Part shown: positions 5,366 to 5,386 of the stretch, piece by piece
How the letters are laid out: every line of letters begins with the position of its first letter
Numbering within the stretch: position 1 is the first letter of the stretch
DNA from: an uncultured archaeon
Lineage (GTDB): Archaea; Iainarchaeota; Iainarchaeia; Iainarchaeales; CSSED10-239
Length of the DNA: 5,386 nucleotides
NCBI GenBank assembly: GCA_964468895.1
Contig: CAYXWT010000047.1
Coordinates: forward strand, 1 to 5,386
Reading direction: 5' to 3'
Made by a program: the position numbers and the translations under genes
Notes under the pieces: generated by a model
What the model was told of the DNA's origin: nothing
Database searches by the model: none
What the model saw: the letters and a program-made list of their open reading frames with translations, nothing else

Positions 5366-5386
5366 CTTTTTAAATTATTTTTTTAT

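Overview
Very AT-rich archaeal chromosomal segment. The calls rest on an archaeal histone gene, GAGGTG/AGGTG Shine-Dalgarno motifs matching the archaeal 16S 3' end, TATA-like boxes, and type II tRNA-Ser genes without encoded CCA. The extreme K/N/I-rich proteome is compatible with a small-genome, possibly DPANN-like archaeon, but taxonomy cannot be established from this window. Minus strand, left side: histone (110-319), followed 8 nt later by the N-terminus of a PHP-domain phosphoesterase (101-1, partial). Plus strand: an orphan protein with a winged-helix-like N-terminus (527-1357), then a tightly coupled pair made of a membrane-tethered ArsR-type wHTH protein (1466-2095) and a DUF4349-like bitopic membrane protein (2109/2088-2987). 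Minus strand: CTP synthase pyrG (2998-4635), convergent with the pair. Plus strand, right side: tRNA-Ser(UGA), a 111-aa Trbp111/CsaA-type tRNA-binding protein, and tRNA-Ser(GGA). I see no CRISPR array, transposase, integrase or recognisable defence gene, and most of the window is housekeeping. The most interesting candidate is the membrane-anchored ArsR plus DUF4349-like operon, possibly together with the upstream wHTH orphan, as a putative transmembrane signalling module. That interpretation is inference from sequence patterns only. All domain calls come from reading motifs by eye and need HMM and structure confirmation.
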